A stretch of DNA of 64,000 nt from Abditibacterium sp. (GCA_965199495.1 CBDASK010000003.1:4448001-4512000); one strand, 5' to 3'. Positions 1 through 9,796 are shown, numbered from the stretch's first letter. Translations and numbers: made by a program. The notes: generated from the sequence alone by a model not told the origin.

Positions 1-1216
1 CCCACAAAAAACGCTCGGAACGCTCGGCGCTACCCACGACGTAACCCGACATCGCTGGCAGATAAGGCGTGGGATCGTAGCCACGGCGCGCGATGAACTG
101 CTGTTTAAATTCGGGCGACCAGTTTTGGCTGCCCATTTCCCAACTGTCGAAGTGCAGAAAAGTCAGCCCGCCGTTTTGATTGTGCAATTCAGGCCCGACC
201 TTTTTGAAAATCGTGCCGACATAATCTTCGAGTTGCGCGGCAACGGCGGGCTTGCTGAATTTATCGCTTTCAAAACCCAGACCCGCTTCGGGCGCCGGGC
301 GCGTGGTCTGCCCAGTCAGCGTGCGGCCAAAGCGCAGAACCGTCCAATTGCCGGCGGGAACATCCCAGGTCAAACGGCCATCGGCGGCCATTTTGGAAGT
401 CAGAACCACAACTTTGGTCGCATCAATTGTTTCGCCCGGAGGCACCGCAGCCGCATCGGTGGAAGGCTCGATGCGCGGCGGCGTGTTGGCCACCGAGGTA
501 TAAGGCGCGCGATAGTAAAGCGCCTTGTGATCGGTATCGCTCAAGCGCGCTTTGCCTGCGGGCGTGGGAAACGCGATAACGGTCTCGTCGCGGTAGAAAT
601 CATTCCATTGCTCGCGCAGTTTTGGCGAGAGCGAGCCTTGGCCGAAATAGGGTTCGCGCGGTTTGGGACGCGGCAAAACCGCGTCGAAGCGCGTCGGGCC
701 GACAATCGCGGTTTCGCTGGAAACCAAGTGCTGCATCGACATTTCAGGTTTGACCCAGGGACCGCCGCTGCCCGCCCAGCCGGGGCCAGTGCCCAGCGCG
801 ATCTCGATGCCCTGTTGTTTGGCCTGCGAGATGGCATAAGCGAAAAGCTCCTGCCATTCGGGACTCATAAACGCGACCGGCCCCTGCGGGACGCCGATGT
901 TGACCGTGAGGAAAATCGCGCCGCCGATGCCCGCTTTCTTCATCGCCTCCAAATCGGTGCGAATGCCCTCGCGCGTGATGTTGCCGTCCATGAAATACCA
1001 GTAGACCCAGGGGCGCGTGTTCGCGGGCGGCGTGACAAAGTTCGTCTGTAACGGAGAGGCAGGAAGCGTAGAAATCGCGGGCGCCGCAGCAACGAGGGGA
1101 TTTACCGGAGCGTTTTGAGCGCACGCGGACAGGTTCATCGCCGCTAAAAGCGCGGGCAATGCCAATGCACCGTGGGTGCTTTTAGCCGGAATTAATCGGG
1201 AAGAAGAGAATTTCAT
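1..1216 (-). CDS. Glycoside hydrolase family 106 (alpha-L-rhamnosidase-like), 5' part; runs off the left edge
   Basis: Not in the ORF track. Manual translation from ATG 1216: signal peptide, then PPANTRPWVYWYFMDGNITREGIRTDLEAMKKAGIGG...GPGWAGSGGPWVKPEMSMQHLV, a typical GH106 N-terminus. Confidence 0.85.
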   Translation of the reverse strand, partial: MKFSSSRLIPAKSTHGALALPALLAAMNLSACAQNAPVNPLVAAAPAISTLPASPLQTNFVTPPANTRPWVYWYFMDGNITREGIRTDLEAMKKAGIGGAIFLTVNIGVPQGPVAFMSPEWQELFAYAISQAKQQGIEIALGTGPGWAGSGGPWVKPEMSMQHLVSSETAIVGPTRFDAVLPRPKPREPYFGQGSLSPKLREQWNDFYRDETVIAFPTPAGKARLSDTDHKALYYRAPYTSVANTPPRIEPSTDAAAVPPGETIDATKVVVLTSKMAADGRLTWDVPAGNWTVLRFGRTLTGQTTRPAPEAGLGFESDKFSKPAVAAQLEDYVGTIFKKVGPELHNQNGGLTFLHFDSWEMGSQNWSPEFKQQFIARRGYDPTPYLPAMSGYVVGSAERSERFLW

Positions 1217-1237
1217 GAAACAATAAATTTGATGATG

Positions 1238-1375
1238 ACAATGTGCGACTTCGAGGTTGAGCAAAGCGGTCAACGGATCGCCGATGTGTCCAACGCCAAT
1301 CGCGCGGTGATGCGCCGGGACGTGGCTGCTACAATCGTCGAGGAATTGGCACACGCCAACCCAACGTATTTTCAC
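1238..1375 (-). pseudogene. Degraded C-terminal remnant of an L-fucose/L-arabinose isomerase family gene
   Basis: Minus strand reads VGVCQFLDDCSSHVPAHHRAIGVGHIGDPLTALLNLEV, resembling my recollection of the family C-terminus (GPAHHxAIGVGH); the rest of the gene is absent. Confidence 0.5.
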
Positions 1376-1400
1376 AGAACACGCATGGAACTTTATATTT

Positions 1401-1583
1401 TTAGGAGTTACGCAGTTGCCCGCACTTGTCATGGGTGCGCGGTGAGGCACGAACGAAGTCGAAGAATCCACCGGTTGCGACGGAGTTTCACGTTTGTCGA
1501 GAGCTACACGTCATGAATTCTTCGACTTCGTTCGTGCCTCACCGCGCACCCATGACAAGTGCGGGCAACTGCGTAACTCCTAA
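1401..1583. repeat. Nested REP-like inverted repeat with perfect 67-bp arms (1401-1467 / 1517-1583)
   Basis: Outer TTAGGAGTTACGCAG...CTGCGTAACTCCTAA encloses an inner TGTCAT...GTCGAAGAAT repeat. Confidence 0.95.
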
Positions 1584-1649
1584 TTTTGTCGCAATTCTCA
1601 GAATATCGAAGTTGACTTTTTGATCTCTATCTTGTCTGTGACGCGCGAA

Positions 1650-1676
1650 GAAACTGCGCGCAATGCGCGCAGTTTC
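1650..1676. terminator. Hairpin, probable terminator downstream of DUF1559 gene #1
   Basis: GAAACTGCGCGCA-A-TGCGCGCAGTTTC. Confidence 0.55.
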
Positions 1677-1789
1677 AAGTTTCTGGCGACCTTCATGGAA
1701 AGCGCGATGTGGTTTTGCGTTTGTAATCCAAAGCGCACCATCAAGTAAATTGAATATCTGCGGATTGGAAACAAAGCGGATTTTAATCC

Positions 1790-2527
1790 TTACGGTGACG
1801 GATTGTAGGTGCCGCTATTTCCCGATTGAGAACCTGGGGTAGAAACATTGTAAACCCCGGCGCTTAGATTGCGAGTCGCACCTCTTATTGCTTTGACGTG
1901 GCCGTCGGCGAAGAGGAAGTTTTGAGTGTCGAGGTGGCGTTGCGCCGCTCCTTGGCGAAACACCGCGAGTCCGGGTGTGGTGGGACAGGCAGTCGCTCCA
2001 CCCGGACACCCCGTTTCCCAACTGTCCGCGTAATCGGCGGTGCCATCAGCCGCCATCACGGTCAACGACGACTGGGTGAGTTGAGCAATGGCCAAACCCC
2101 GATTTTTGTCGACGGGAGCCGGATCGTAGCCAAACATTACGTTGTAACTGTAATCACAGTAGCCGGGCGTGGAAGAGGTCGCACTTTGGGGTGGAGAAGG
2201 GTCGCTGGGGCATTGGAGAATTTGATTGCTTTTGATATAAGGCTGTATCGCGATGAAAGCTCCACCATAACCGTTTCCTCCTGAGGCGTCGGGGTTACCG
2301 TTGTTACGGAGCAAAGGAAATTTCTCGTCGTAATCCTGGGTGTATTGGAGGAAACCGAGGCCGAGTTGCTTGAGATTGCTCTGGCACGACGAGCGACGGG
2401 CGTTTTCCCTTGCACGCGCGAAAACGGGGAACAGAATCGCCGCGAGAATGGCGATAATGGCGATCACGACGAGAAGCTCGATCAAAGTGAAGGCTTGACG
2501 TGCGGGGCGGATGTGAGTAAATTTCAT
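1790..2527 (-). CDS. Prepilin-type N-methylation / DUF1559 / H-X9-DG protein #1
   Basis: [43 protein letters not shown] ... [15 protein letters not shown]. Confidence 0.95.
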   Translation of the reverse strand: MKFTHIRPARQAFTLIELLVVIAIIAILAAILFPVFARARENARRSSCQSNLKQLGLGFLQYTQDYDEKFPLLRNNGNPDASGGNGYGGAFIAIQPYIKSNQILQCPSDPSPPQSATSSTPGYCDYSYNVMFGYDPAPVDKNRGLAIAQLTQSSLTVMAADGTADYADSWETGCPGGATACPTTPGLAVFRQGAAQRHLDTQNFLFADGHVKAIRGATRNLSAGVYNVSTPGSQSGNSGTYNPSP

Positions 2528-2553
2528 GAAGTTCCTGTAAAGTAAGATGTTGC

Positions 2554-2628
2554 CATAACGTTATGAGTTTTCAGCGCACCAATGGAAAGTTCGGAGGCGC
2601 TTTGCATTGTCTGCATCATAACGTTATA
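2554..2628. promoter_or_regulatory. Two CATAACGTTAT palindromic operators (2554-2565, 2617-2628)
   Basis: Repeated CG-centred palindrome upstream of DUF1559 #1; LacI-type operator architecture. Confidence 0.6.
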
Positions 2629-2752
2629 TTCTCTGAGTAGGCCCAAATAACAGAGCGCCTCTGATTTCGCGTTAAATCCGTTCGCTGAAATCACAGCTAT
2701 TCTCTGCCCATATAAGATTACACTTTTTGCGACTTTAATAATTGAATTATTG

Positions 2753-3721
2753 ATGCCACTTTTTGAAGATTTCACCGCATCTGAAGCGCCAATCCATCGG
2801 CAGTTTTATGTGCCGCCCGGCTCAAGTGGCGTCGTTGTGTCGCGCATCGCGCGTTTAGAGAGTTTACATTCGCGTTTGCCGGTGGCTTTGCGGCGCGAGT
2901 TTTTCGAGCGTGGCGAAACCACGGGCGATCACCGGCACCTCGATTTCGTGGCACTTTATGCGGTGCGCGGTGGCAGCGGCCTACACATCGTCAACGGCGT
3001 GGCTTCGTCGCTGGCCAAAGGCGATATTTATCTTTTGGCGCCCGGCTCGCTGCACTCTTACCTTCGCTACGAAAATTTAGAAATCGACGCCCTCTATTTC
3101 ACGCCTGGGTTGTTACGCGACGAAGAATTGGAAGCTCTGCGCGTGTTACCGGGGTTTTGGTCGCTGTTTGCCGAAGGTGCGGCCCCGCAAAGTCAGGGCG
3201 ATGATGCGCGTTTGCATCTGCGCCCGGAGGAGGGCAAAACCATCGAAAGCCAGATTGCGGTTCTCCGCAATTTATGGAACGGAACGGACGCGGCGTCACC
3301 GTTGCTGTTGAGAGGAACAATTTTCGCTTTGTTGGTTCATTTGGCTTGGCGCTGGCAAAGGCAGCCATCTACCACAGCCACGCCCACCGAGGGCGCGCTC
3401 GCTCCTGACATCAGCGACGCGGTGCTTTGGTGCGAAGCTCATTTTTCGGAGCCTCTGAGCGTGCCTCAACTGGCGGCGCGCCTGTTTCTGTCGCCGAATC
3501 ACTTCTCGCAACGCTTCAAGCGCGAAGTCGGGATGACGCCTGCCGCGTTCATCCGGCGTTTGCGTCTGGAGAAAGCGCGCGCGCTGTTGCGCGAAACCGA
3601 TTGGTCGCTCGCGCACATCGCCCAAAACACGGGCTTTGCCGATGCCGCTCATCTCGCTCGCGGCTTCCGCGCTTGCTATGGCCTGACACCTCGCACATTC
3701 CGGCGCGGCAAAACCGGTTGA
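2753..3721 (+). CDS. AraC family transcriptional regulator (RhaR/RhaS-like)
   Basis: Cupin N-terminus (HRHLDF...GDIYLLAPGSLH) and C-terminal double HTH; divergent from the DUF1559/GH106 genes. Confidence 0.9.
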   Translation: MPLFEDFTASEAPIHRQFYVPPGSSGVVVSRIARLESLHSRLPVALRREFFERGETTGDHRHLDFVALYAVRGGSGLHIVNGVASSLAKGDIYLLAPGSLHSYLRYENLEIDALYFTPGLLRDEELEALRVLPGFWSLFAEGAAPQSQGDDARLHLRPEEGKTIESQIAVLRNLWNGTDAASPLLLRGTIFALLVHLAWRWQRQPSTTATPTEGALAPDISDAVLWCEAHFSEPLSVPQLAARLFLSPNHFSQRFKREVGMTPAAFIRRLRLEKARALLRETDWSLAHIAQNTGFADAAHLARGFRACYGLTPRTFRRGKTG

Positions 3722-3749
3722 ATTTCGCAACTCAGCTTAGAGAATTTTT

Positions 3750-3860
3750 TGCCAAAATACGCCCGAAGTTTTCTTCGGCGCTACCGGACGGTAGGCCGTA
3801 ATTGTTGGCCAAATCGAAATGGTTCACGCCCAAATCGAAGGCGGTGCGGCATAAATCGCG
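3750..3860 (-). pseudogene. Internal fragment of an aldo/keto reductase (homolog of 9797-10795)
   Basis: RDLCRTAFDLGVNHFDLANNYGLPSGSAEENFGRILA versus RALCRTAFDLGVTHFDLANNYGPPPGSAEENFGRVLA in the intact gene. Confidence 0.85.
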
Positions 3861-3922
3861 TGTGGAAAAACCGGATGCGAGGTAGCGAACTCGGCGTGTG
3901 GACAAATGACATAACTCCAATA

Positions 3923-3960
3923 AAACCCCGCGTTGCAAATCGCAACGCGGGGTTTATTTT
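3923..3960. terminator. Bidirectional intrinsic terminator
   Basis: AAACCCCGCGTTGC-AAATC-GCAACGCGGGGTTT, just after the stop at 3974. Confidence 0.8.
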
Positions 3961-3973
3961 CGGCCAATTTTCG

Positions 3974-5926
3974 CTACTGCCCGTCGGTGCGAAACGGCGT
4001 GGCAGGCAAGCCGGCGGCGTTGTAAAGCGTGGCGCGCGGAAAATCCGACCAGCCAAAGCGCGCGTAAAGCGGCGCTTTCACATCGGGCGAAGTCAGCGTG
4101 ACCGTATTACCAGCCACGACGGGTGTGGCCCAATGGAACTTCATGTCGGCGCCCGCGATGGCGAAAACGCGGCTGGCGTCGCCCTTCAAGTTCAAGCCCT
4201 GCGCGTGATCGAAAGTTAATTGCATCGCGTCGCCCACGGATTTGGCAGCTTTGAGCGTTGGGCCGCTACTTTCGATATTGCGCCCGTAAGTGTGTTCCAG
4301 CACGTTATTGGCGAGGCGCGCGCCCGCTTCCTGCTTGTTGGGGAAATGCACATTGTTTTGTTCGCCCAGATCAATCAGCACGGTTAAATAGGTATTGGGA
4401 AACTTGCGCGCGGTCTGCAACTGCGCCTCGCGCAAATTGGGCCACGCGTTGTTGGAGGGCTGATCTTCGGTCGCATGAAAATTCGCCAGTTGCATGATGT
4501 AAAACGGCGTGTCGGCGCCGAAATGCGCGCGCCAATCTTGAACTAACGTCGGCAAAATCTGGCGATACTGCGTCGCCTCATTCATGTTGTCGGCGTTGCT
4601 TTCGCCCTGATACCACAAAATGCCTTTAATCGCGCCCGGCAAAAGCGGCGCGATTTTGCCATTAAAAAGCACGACCGGTTTGTTGGGGTCTTCCTGCGAT
4701 CTGGGCATCGCGGGCAGAGTTTTCATTTCCGGCCCGACGTGAAATTTCCACGCGCCTTCGAGCGAGACTTTTGTGCCATCGCTCTGCATCGAGATCGCTG
4801 GCCCGGCCATGCCGCCGCCGCCGTTGATGTCGAGTACGCGCACCGCGATGACATTGCGCCCGGCTTTGACCTGCGCGCCCGGCACGACGTAATGGCGTTC
4901 TTTGGTCCAACCCTGATCGGCACCAACGGGGGCGCCGTTCCAGTAAGTCGTGTCGTTATCGTCAATCGCGCCCAGATCGAGCTGCAACGGGCGCCCGGCG
5001 AACGCGGCGGGCACGTTGATTTCGCGCCGAAACCACATCACGCCATCGAAATCGGGAAAGCCTTTGGCTTCCCAGTTGCCCGGCAAATCCATCGTTTTCC
5101 ACGCCGAATCGTCGAAATCCGGCGCCTGCTGATGCGCCATTGTTCCCGGATCGTTGGTTTGCCACCACGCCGACATTTCGTTGGCGTAACGAGTTTGCGC
5201 GTCATCGCCCGGTCTCATCGCGTCCACCGCAGCTTTAAAATCGGGAATTTGCCCCAGCGCCGGGCCACTCACCCACGACTCGCCGGGCGTGCCGCTCCAC
5301 GACGAATCAATCAGGCCAATCGGGACTTTGAGTTCCTTATAAAGTTTGCGCCCGAAGAAATATCCGACGCCCGAAAACGTGCCGACCGTTTGCGGCGAGC
5401 AGACTTTCCAGTTGGCGCCAAAACTCTGAATCGGCGCGCTTTTGATGGCGTTATCCACTTGAAGCAAACGAATTTCGGGATAATTGGCGGCAGCGATTTC
5501 TTGTTCGGGATTGAGCGCGCCGTGAAGATCGTAAGCCATATTCGATTGGCCCGAACACAGCCAGACATCGCCAAACAACAGGTTTTTGCGCGCGGCCACT
5601 TCACCATCGGCGCCCGTAATGTTCAGCGAATGCGGCCCGCCCGCCGCGTGCGACGGCAACGAAACAGTCCAGCGCCCGTCCGCAGCGGCGGTTGCGGTTT
5701 GCGCGGCTTCGTTGTCGAGGCGCACCGTGACTTTGGTTTGCGGCTGCGTCCAGCCCCAGACCGGAATCGCGCGGTCGCGCTGCAAAACCGCGTTATCGGA
5801 AAAAAGTGGATGCACAAACGGCAGGTTTTGCTTGACCTCTTGAGCGTGGCTGCATCCGGCGGCCAACGATAGAGCAAGAGTCGCGGCGATAATTGAGAAT
5901 TGGCGAGTTTTCATGGTTTTCTTCAT
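3974..5926 (-). CDS. Sialate O-acetylesterase family (SASA) carbohydrate esterase with inserted sugar-binding domain
   Basis: GDVWLCSGQSNM, WYQGESN, HFPNKQ motifs and a signal peptide. Start is likely 5926 or 5914; the track start (6025) lies inside a repeat. Confidence 0.9.
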   Translation of the reverse strand: MKKTMKTRQFSIIAATLALSLAAGCSHAQEVKQNLPFVHPLFSDNAVLQRDRAIPVWGWTQPQTKVTVRLDNEAAQTATAAADGRWTVSLPSHAAGGPHSLNITGADGEVAARKNLLFGDVWLCSGQSNMAYDLHGALNPEQEIAAANYPEIRLLQVDNAIKSAPIQSFGANWKVCSPQTVGTFSGVGYFFGRKLYKELKVPIGLIDSSWSGTPGESWVSGPALGQIPDFKAAVDAMRPGDDAQTRYANEMSAWWQTNDPGTMAHQQAPDFDDSAWKTMDLPGNWEAKGFPDFDGVMWFRREINVPAAFAGRPLQLDLGAIDDNDTTYWNGAPVGADQGWTKERHYVVPGAQVKAGRNVIAVRVLDINGGGGMAGPAISMQSDGTKVSLEGAWKFHVGPEMKTLPAMPRSQEDPNKPVVLFNGKIAPLLPGAIKGILWYQGESNADNMNEATQYRQILPTLVQDWRAHFGADTPFYIMQLANFHATEDQPSNNAWPNLREAQLQTARKFPNTYLTVLIDLGEQNNVHFPNKQEAGARLANNVLEHTYGRNIESSGPTLKAAKSVGDAMQLTFDHAQGLNLKGDASRVFAIAGADMKFHWATPVVAGNTVTLTSPDVKAPLYARFGWSDFPRATLYNAAGLPATPFRTDGQ

Positions 5927-5936
5927 CAGGAGTATT

Positions 5937-6233
5937 CCGTAGAGACGCCGATTTATCGCGTCTAAAACGCTTGGTGCGCAATTATTTTCAGCGAATTGAG
6001 CATAGCTTACTCGCATGTTTGTCATTCTGAGCGCAGTGAGGAACGAACGCAGTCGAAGAATCCATGACTCTGAACCAGATCAAAGCGAAGTGAACGTGCA
6101 ACCGATGGATTCTTCGACTGCGTTCGTTCCTCACTGCGCTCAGAATGACAAACATGCGAGTAAGCTATGCTCAATTCGCTGAAAATAATTGCGCACCAAG
6201 CGTTTTAGACGCGATAAATCGGCGTCTCTACGG
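5937..6233. repeat. Nested REP-like inverted repeat with perfect 129-bp arms (5937-6065 / 6105-6233)
   Basis: Outer GTAG-type REP (GTAGAGACGCCGATTTATCGCGTCT) encloses inner TGTCATTCTGAGCGCAG...GTCGAAGAATC. Confidence 0.97.
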
Positions 6234-6245
6234 GGTGAAAATCAA

Positions 6246-9200
6246 CTATTTGCCCAGCGCGCGCAACGCGAATGCACCCGACAGCGAACCGCCCTTCTTC
6301 GCGTTAATCGAATGATCGTCCGTCCAACTTCCGCTTAGGCCGCGCGGCCCGGCGACTTCGCTGCTGGCGAGCAGCAGATTGCTGCCCTGCCCGACATTGG
6401 CGCGGCCCACCAACGAATCATTTTGCGCCAACAACGCCACGCCCGCGCCACTTGAATCGGTTAAAGTCAGCCAGTGCAAATCGCGTTTCGATGCGCGAAA
6501 TTGCACGTCTTTGGCGGTGGCTGTGCCCGTTGGCTCGCCCAAATGTCCGGCGGGATAATCCAGAAAATACGATTCGCGCGACCATTTCATCGTGCCGAAA
6601 TTGGCGGGCACCGCGAGTTTCAAGCCCGATTCCCACAAACGCGTATCGGGCGCCGTCCAATCGAGCGTCCAACTCACGCGCATTTCGGCGTTGGGCGCGA
6701 CATCGTAATTACAATGCAGCGTGCCCAGCGCCGCGCCATCGTCGCCATTTTGCAAATCGCTGACGACGCTCACGCGCAACGCGCCGTTGATGCCGGGCGC
6801 CGTCGTGATGCGCGCGTTTTTGGTGACGGGCGCGGTTTTGGTCTGGAAATAACCTCTTTCATTGCCGCCTTTCAAGCCGCCCAGATTCATGACGGGGCCG
6901 CCCATAAGCAGCGTATTTTTGCCGACGCGCCACGAACGAATCGTGCCGGTGGCTTTGTCGAAAACGATTTCCTGCGCGCTGTTGCCCACGCGCAAAACAT
7001 CGGCGCCATCCACCGAAAAGACCGCATTACCCGCAGGCTTCGCGGCGGGCGGAGCAGCCACGACGACGCCCTGCACCGGCAAATTAGCCGCGACGACGCC
7101 ACTGCCATCGGCGCGCACGAAGTCCAGACGCAATTCCGTCATGCCTTTGGGCGCCGGGAAATTCGCCGTCACGCTCTGCATCGGCGCGCAATTGATTTTC
7201 ATCGCGCCGCTCTTCAGCTTTTTGTCGCCGTTCATCGCCGTCCAACGGCAAGTCAATTCGTTCAAATCGGTGAACGAATAATGATTGGTGATTGGCACCG
7301 CGCCGTTCGCGCCAACGCTGCGCGCTTTGACAGCGATTGGGCTATACGCCATTTTCACGATCCACAATTCGGGTTTGGGCACGCGATACCCGGTCACGAC
7401 GCCTTTGTTGTTTTCCTGACGCAAATGATCGAGGCCGTAATAGAAATCTTTGGTGTGATCGTCGTATTTGTCGGCGACGCCCTGGCCCTGCCATTCCCAG
7501 ATAAACGAACCCATCATTTGCGGCGCGGGATACAACAAATCCCACGTTTTGATCAAGGTTTCCGACCACAAATCCGAAACGCCCGGATCGTATTCCTGCG
7601 CCTCTTTTTCGTAAAATGTGTGCGGATGTTCGGTGTAGTTGACGGGCCAGCGATGTTGCCCGATGTCTCGGTTTTTCACGGAATCGGGGCCGGGATAATG
7701 ATCATCGCGCCACTGTTGGCCGGGCGCCGATTCGGGCGTCTGGCCCGACACAAACGCGGGCCGCGTCGGGTCGAATTTGCGCACCAAATCGAGCGTCATC
7801 TGCGAGGCGATGCCCATCGGGTTTTCGTTGCCCAGACTCCACGCCAAAACGCTGGGCCGATTCTTGTCGCGCGCCAACGTTTCGGTCGCGCGTTGCATCA
7901 AAAACGGCGCATAATTCGGGTCTTTGACCTGATCGTTAATCCAGCAATAGGGCACTTCGTCGAGGATATACATCCCTTTTTCGTCGCACAATTCCAGAAA
8001 ACGCGCGGCGTGATTATAATGAGAAGTGCGCACGGCGTTGATATTGGCCGCCTTCATCATCTTCAAATCTTGCTGCCAGTTGTCTTCGGTCAAAGCGAAA
8101 CCTTTGTCCGACCAAAAATCGTGGCGACAAATGCCAGTCAATTTAATCGGCTGACCGTTCCACAGCACGACATTATTTTTGACCTCAATTTGCTTAAATC
8201 CGAAACGTTGCTCGACGTTCTCGACGGTTTTACCGCCGCTCGAAAGCTGCAACACAACATAATACAAATTCGGCTTTTCCGCCGACCACAATTTCGGCGC
8301 CGTGACGGGCGCGCTCAACGAAATATCCGCCGTTCCATCGGCGCCAATTGTCGCGTTGCCGCTCATTTTCACTCCCGTCGCTTTGCCATCGGCGCCGACC
8401 AAATTCCCGCTCACGCTCACATTTTCGCCCGCATTGCCCATCACTTGCACCTGCGCGTTGAGCGTGGCATCGCGATAATTGGTCGAAAGCGGCGTCGTCA
8501 CCGTCAAATCGCTGACGTGGGTTTGCGGCACACAAATCAGCGAAGTGTCACGATAAATGCCGCCCATCGTTTGATAATCTCCGGTATCGGCGTCAAACGA
8601 AGGCGTCTTTTTCGAGACGCGCACCGCCAATGAATTGCTCTGTCCGGCTTTGACGAAATCGGTCACGTCCACCTGAAACGCGGTGTAACCGCTCTCGTGA
8701 TAACCGGCTTTCTGGCCGTTGACCCAGATTTCGGCGCCGTCCAAAGCGCCGTCGAAATGCCAGTAAACGCGCTGGCCCGCCCAATTCGCGGGCACGTTAA
8801 TATTGCGCCGATAAAGCCCAACGGTGTTATCCACGCTGTCGTAAGTCGGAATCGAATAGCCGAGCATTTCCCAGTTCGACGGCACCGCAATCGTGTCCCA
8901 TTTCGCATCGTTGAACGCGGGCGCGGCAAACGCATCGCGGATCGCGGGCGGCGTGGCTACGGGCGCGGGCGGCTTCCAAATCGTGGTTTGGCCGTTTTCC
9001 GTGATACCGATTTTCATCTCGCGGATACATGCCCATTGCGCGTTGCTGACGCCCGTCACCGTCACGCGCACGAAACGCACGTCGGCGGGCATAATTTTAA
9101 CGGCGCCATCGGTTTGGCCGGGCGCGGCGGTTTCGTCGGCCAAAGTCGTCCACGCGCCTTTGTTATCTTTGCGGCCCTCGACGCGAAATTGATAGCGATT

Positions 9201-9635
9201 CGCCGTGCTTTCCCACGTAATCGCGAGGCTCGACACGCGGCGCACACTACCCAAATCGGCTTCGAGCCATTGCGGAACGTCGGGGCCACTGGCGCACCAA
9301 CGCGTGGCTTCGTCGCCATCGAACGCGTTGATGGGCGGGTTTTCGCCCTGCTGAGTGGAAGCCTGAATGGGAAAAGCGGATTCGGGTTGAAATTCTTTGG
9401 CGGCGTTGATGCTGCCGTGCGTGAGTTGGAATTTCCAATCGCCTGTCACCGGCAAATTCCACGGGTTACGCGCGCGCAATTGGTCGGGCGCGAGGGGCGC
9501 CGCGCTGGGCAACGGCAATGGCACCATGAAGGGAGATACGGCGCCGACATCCTGGGCACGAGCGATCTGTGAAACCGACAAAAGGCAGGATGTCACCAAA
9601 AGTGAACTGGTGATTTTGAAAAAGGATTTTTGCAT
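6246..9635 (-). CDS. GH2 beta-galactosidase-like enzyme with F5/8 (CBM32-like) domain
   Basis: Signal peptide; DGDEATRW F5/8 domain; NINAVRTSHY and WSLGNE motifs; LacZ small-chain-like C-terminus. Confidence 0.9.
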   Translation of the reverse strand: MQKSFFKITSSLLVTSCLLSVSQIARAQDVGAVSPFMVPLPLPSAAPLAPDQLRARNPWNLPVTGDWKFQLTHGSINAAKEFQPESAFPIQASTQQGENPPINAFDGDEATRWCASGPDVPQWLEADLGSVRRVSSLAITWESTANRYQFRVEGRKDNKGAWTTLADETAAPGQTDGAVKIMPADVRFVRVTVTGVSNAQWACIREMKIGITENGQTTIWKPPAPVATPPAIRDAFAAPAFNDAKWDTIAVPSNWEMLGYSIPTYDSVDNTVGLYRRNINVPANWAGQRVYWHFDGALDGAEIWVNGQKAGYHESGYTAFQVDVTDFVKAGQSNSLAVRVSKKTPSFDADTGDYQTMGGIYRDTSLICVPQTHVSDLTVTTPLSTNYRDATLNAQVQVMGNAGENVSVSGNLVGADGKATGVKMSGNATIGADGTADISLSAPVTAPKLWSAEKPNLYYVVLQLSSGGKTVENVEQRFGFKQIEVKNNVVLWNGQPIKLTGICRHDFWSDKGFALTEDNWQQDLKMMKAANINAVRTSHYNHAARFLELCDEKGMYILDEVPYCWINDQVKDPNYAPFLMQRATETLARDKNRPSVLAWSLGNENPMGIASQMTLDLVRKFDPTRPAFVSGQTPESAPGQQWRDDHYPGPDSVKNRDIGQHRWPVNYTEHPHTFYEKEAQEYDPGVSDLWSETLIKTWDLLYPAPQMMGSFIWEWQGQGVADKYDDHTKDFYYGLDHLRQENNKGVVTGYRVPKPELWIVKMAYSPIAVKARSVGANGAVPITNHYSFTDLNELTCRWTAMNGDKKLKSGAMKINCAPMQSVTANFPAPKGMTELRLDFVRADGSGVVAANLPVQGVVVAAPPAAKPAGNAVFSVDGADVLRVGNSAQEIVFDKATGTIRSWRVGKNTLLMGGPVMNLGGLKGGNERGYFQTKTAPVTKNARITTAPGINGALRVSVVSDLQNGDDGAALGTLHCNYDVAPNAEMRVSWTLDWTAPDTRLWESGLKLAVPANFGTMKWSRESYFLDYPAGHLGEPTGTATAKDVQFRASKRDLHWLTLTDSSGAGVALLAQNDSLVGRANVGQGSNLLLASSEVAGPRGLSGSWTDDHSINAKKGGSLSGAFALRALGK

Positions 9636-9648
9636 GAAAATTGAACGT

Positions 9649-9703
9649 TGCCCCTGCGCCGGGGCAATACTTGATTATACCCAAATCAACGTGTTTTCAA
9701 ACG
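9649..9703 (-). promoter_or_regulatory. Conserved promoter (9674-9703) and operator TGCCCCGG-CG-CAGGGGCA (9649-9666)
   Basis: Minus strand CGTTTGAA-N10-TTTGGGTATAAT, then the palindrome; same layout at 13379-13432. Confidence 0.75.
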
Positions 9704-9796
9704 TTGATTTGAGAAATCTTACTTTTAGGCGCGATAGGAACACGACATTTAAAGTCGAGACGTTACTCTGGATACACCAGAGCAAAATTTTCAGCG

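Noticed and set aside
125..1051. 308-aa + strand ORF, and similar long antisense ORFs (6474-8633, 14704-16311, 39135-40835, 43008-45227, 47490-49289)
   Set aside because: Shadow ORFs opposite well-supported genes in GC-rich DNA; no recognisable motifs.
5927..6025. N-terminal extension of the esterase ORF, and likewise 62958-63062 for the DsbA-like ORF
   Set aside because: The extensions run through REP elements; the signal peptide or domain starts downstream.
1401..6233. Repeats interpreted as a CRISPR array or IS ends
   Set aside because: They are inverted pairs, not direct repeats with spacers; no cas or transposase genes and no evident target-site duplications.
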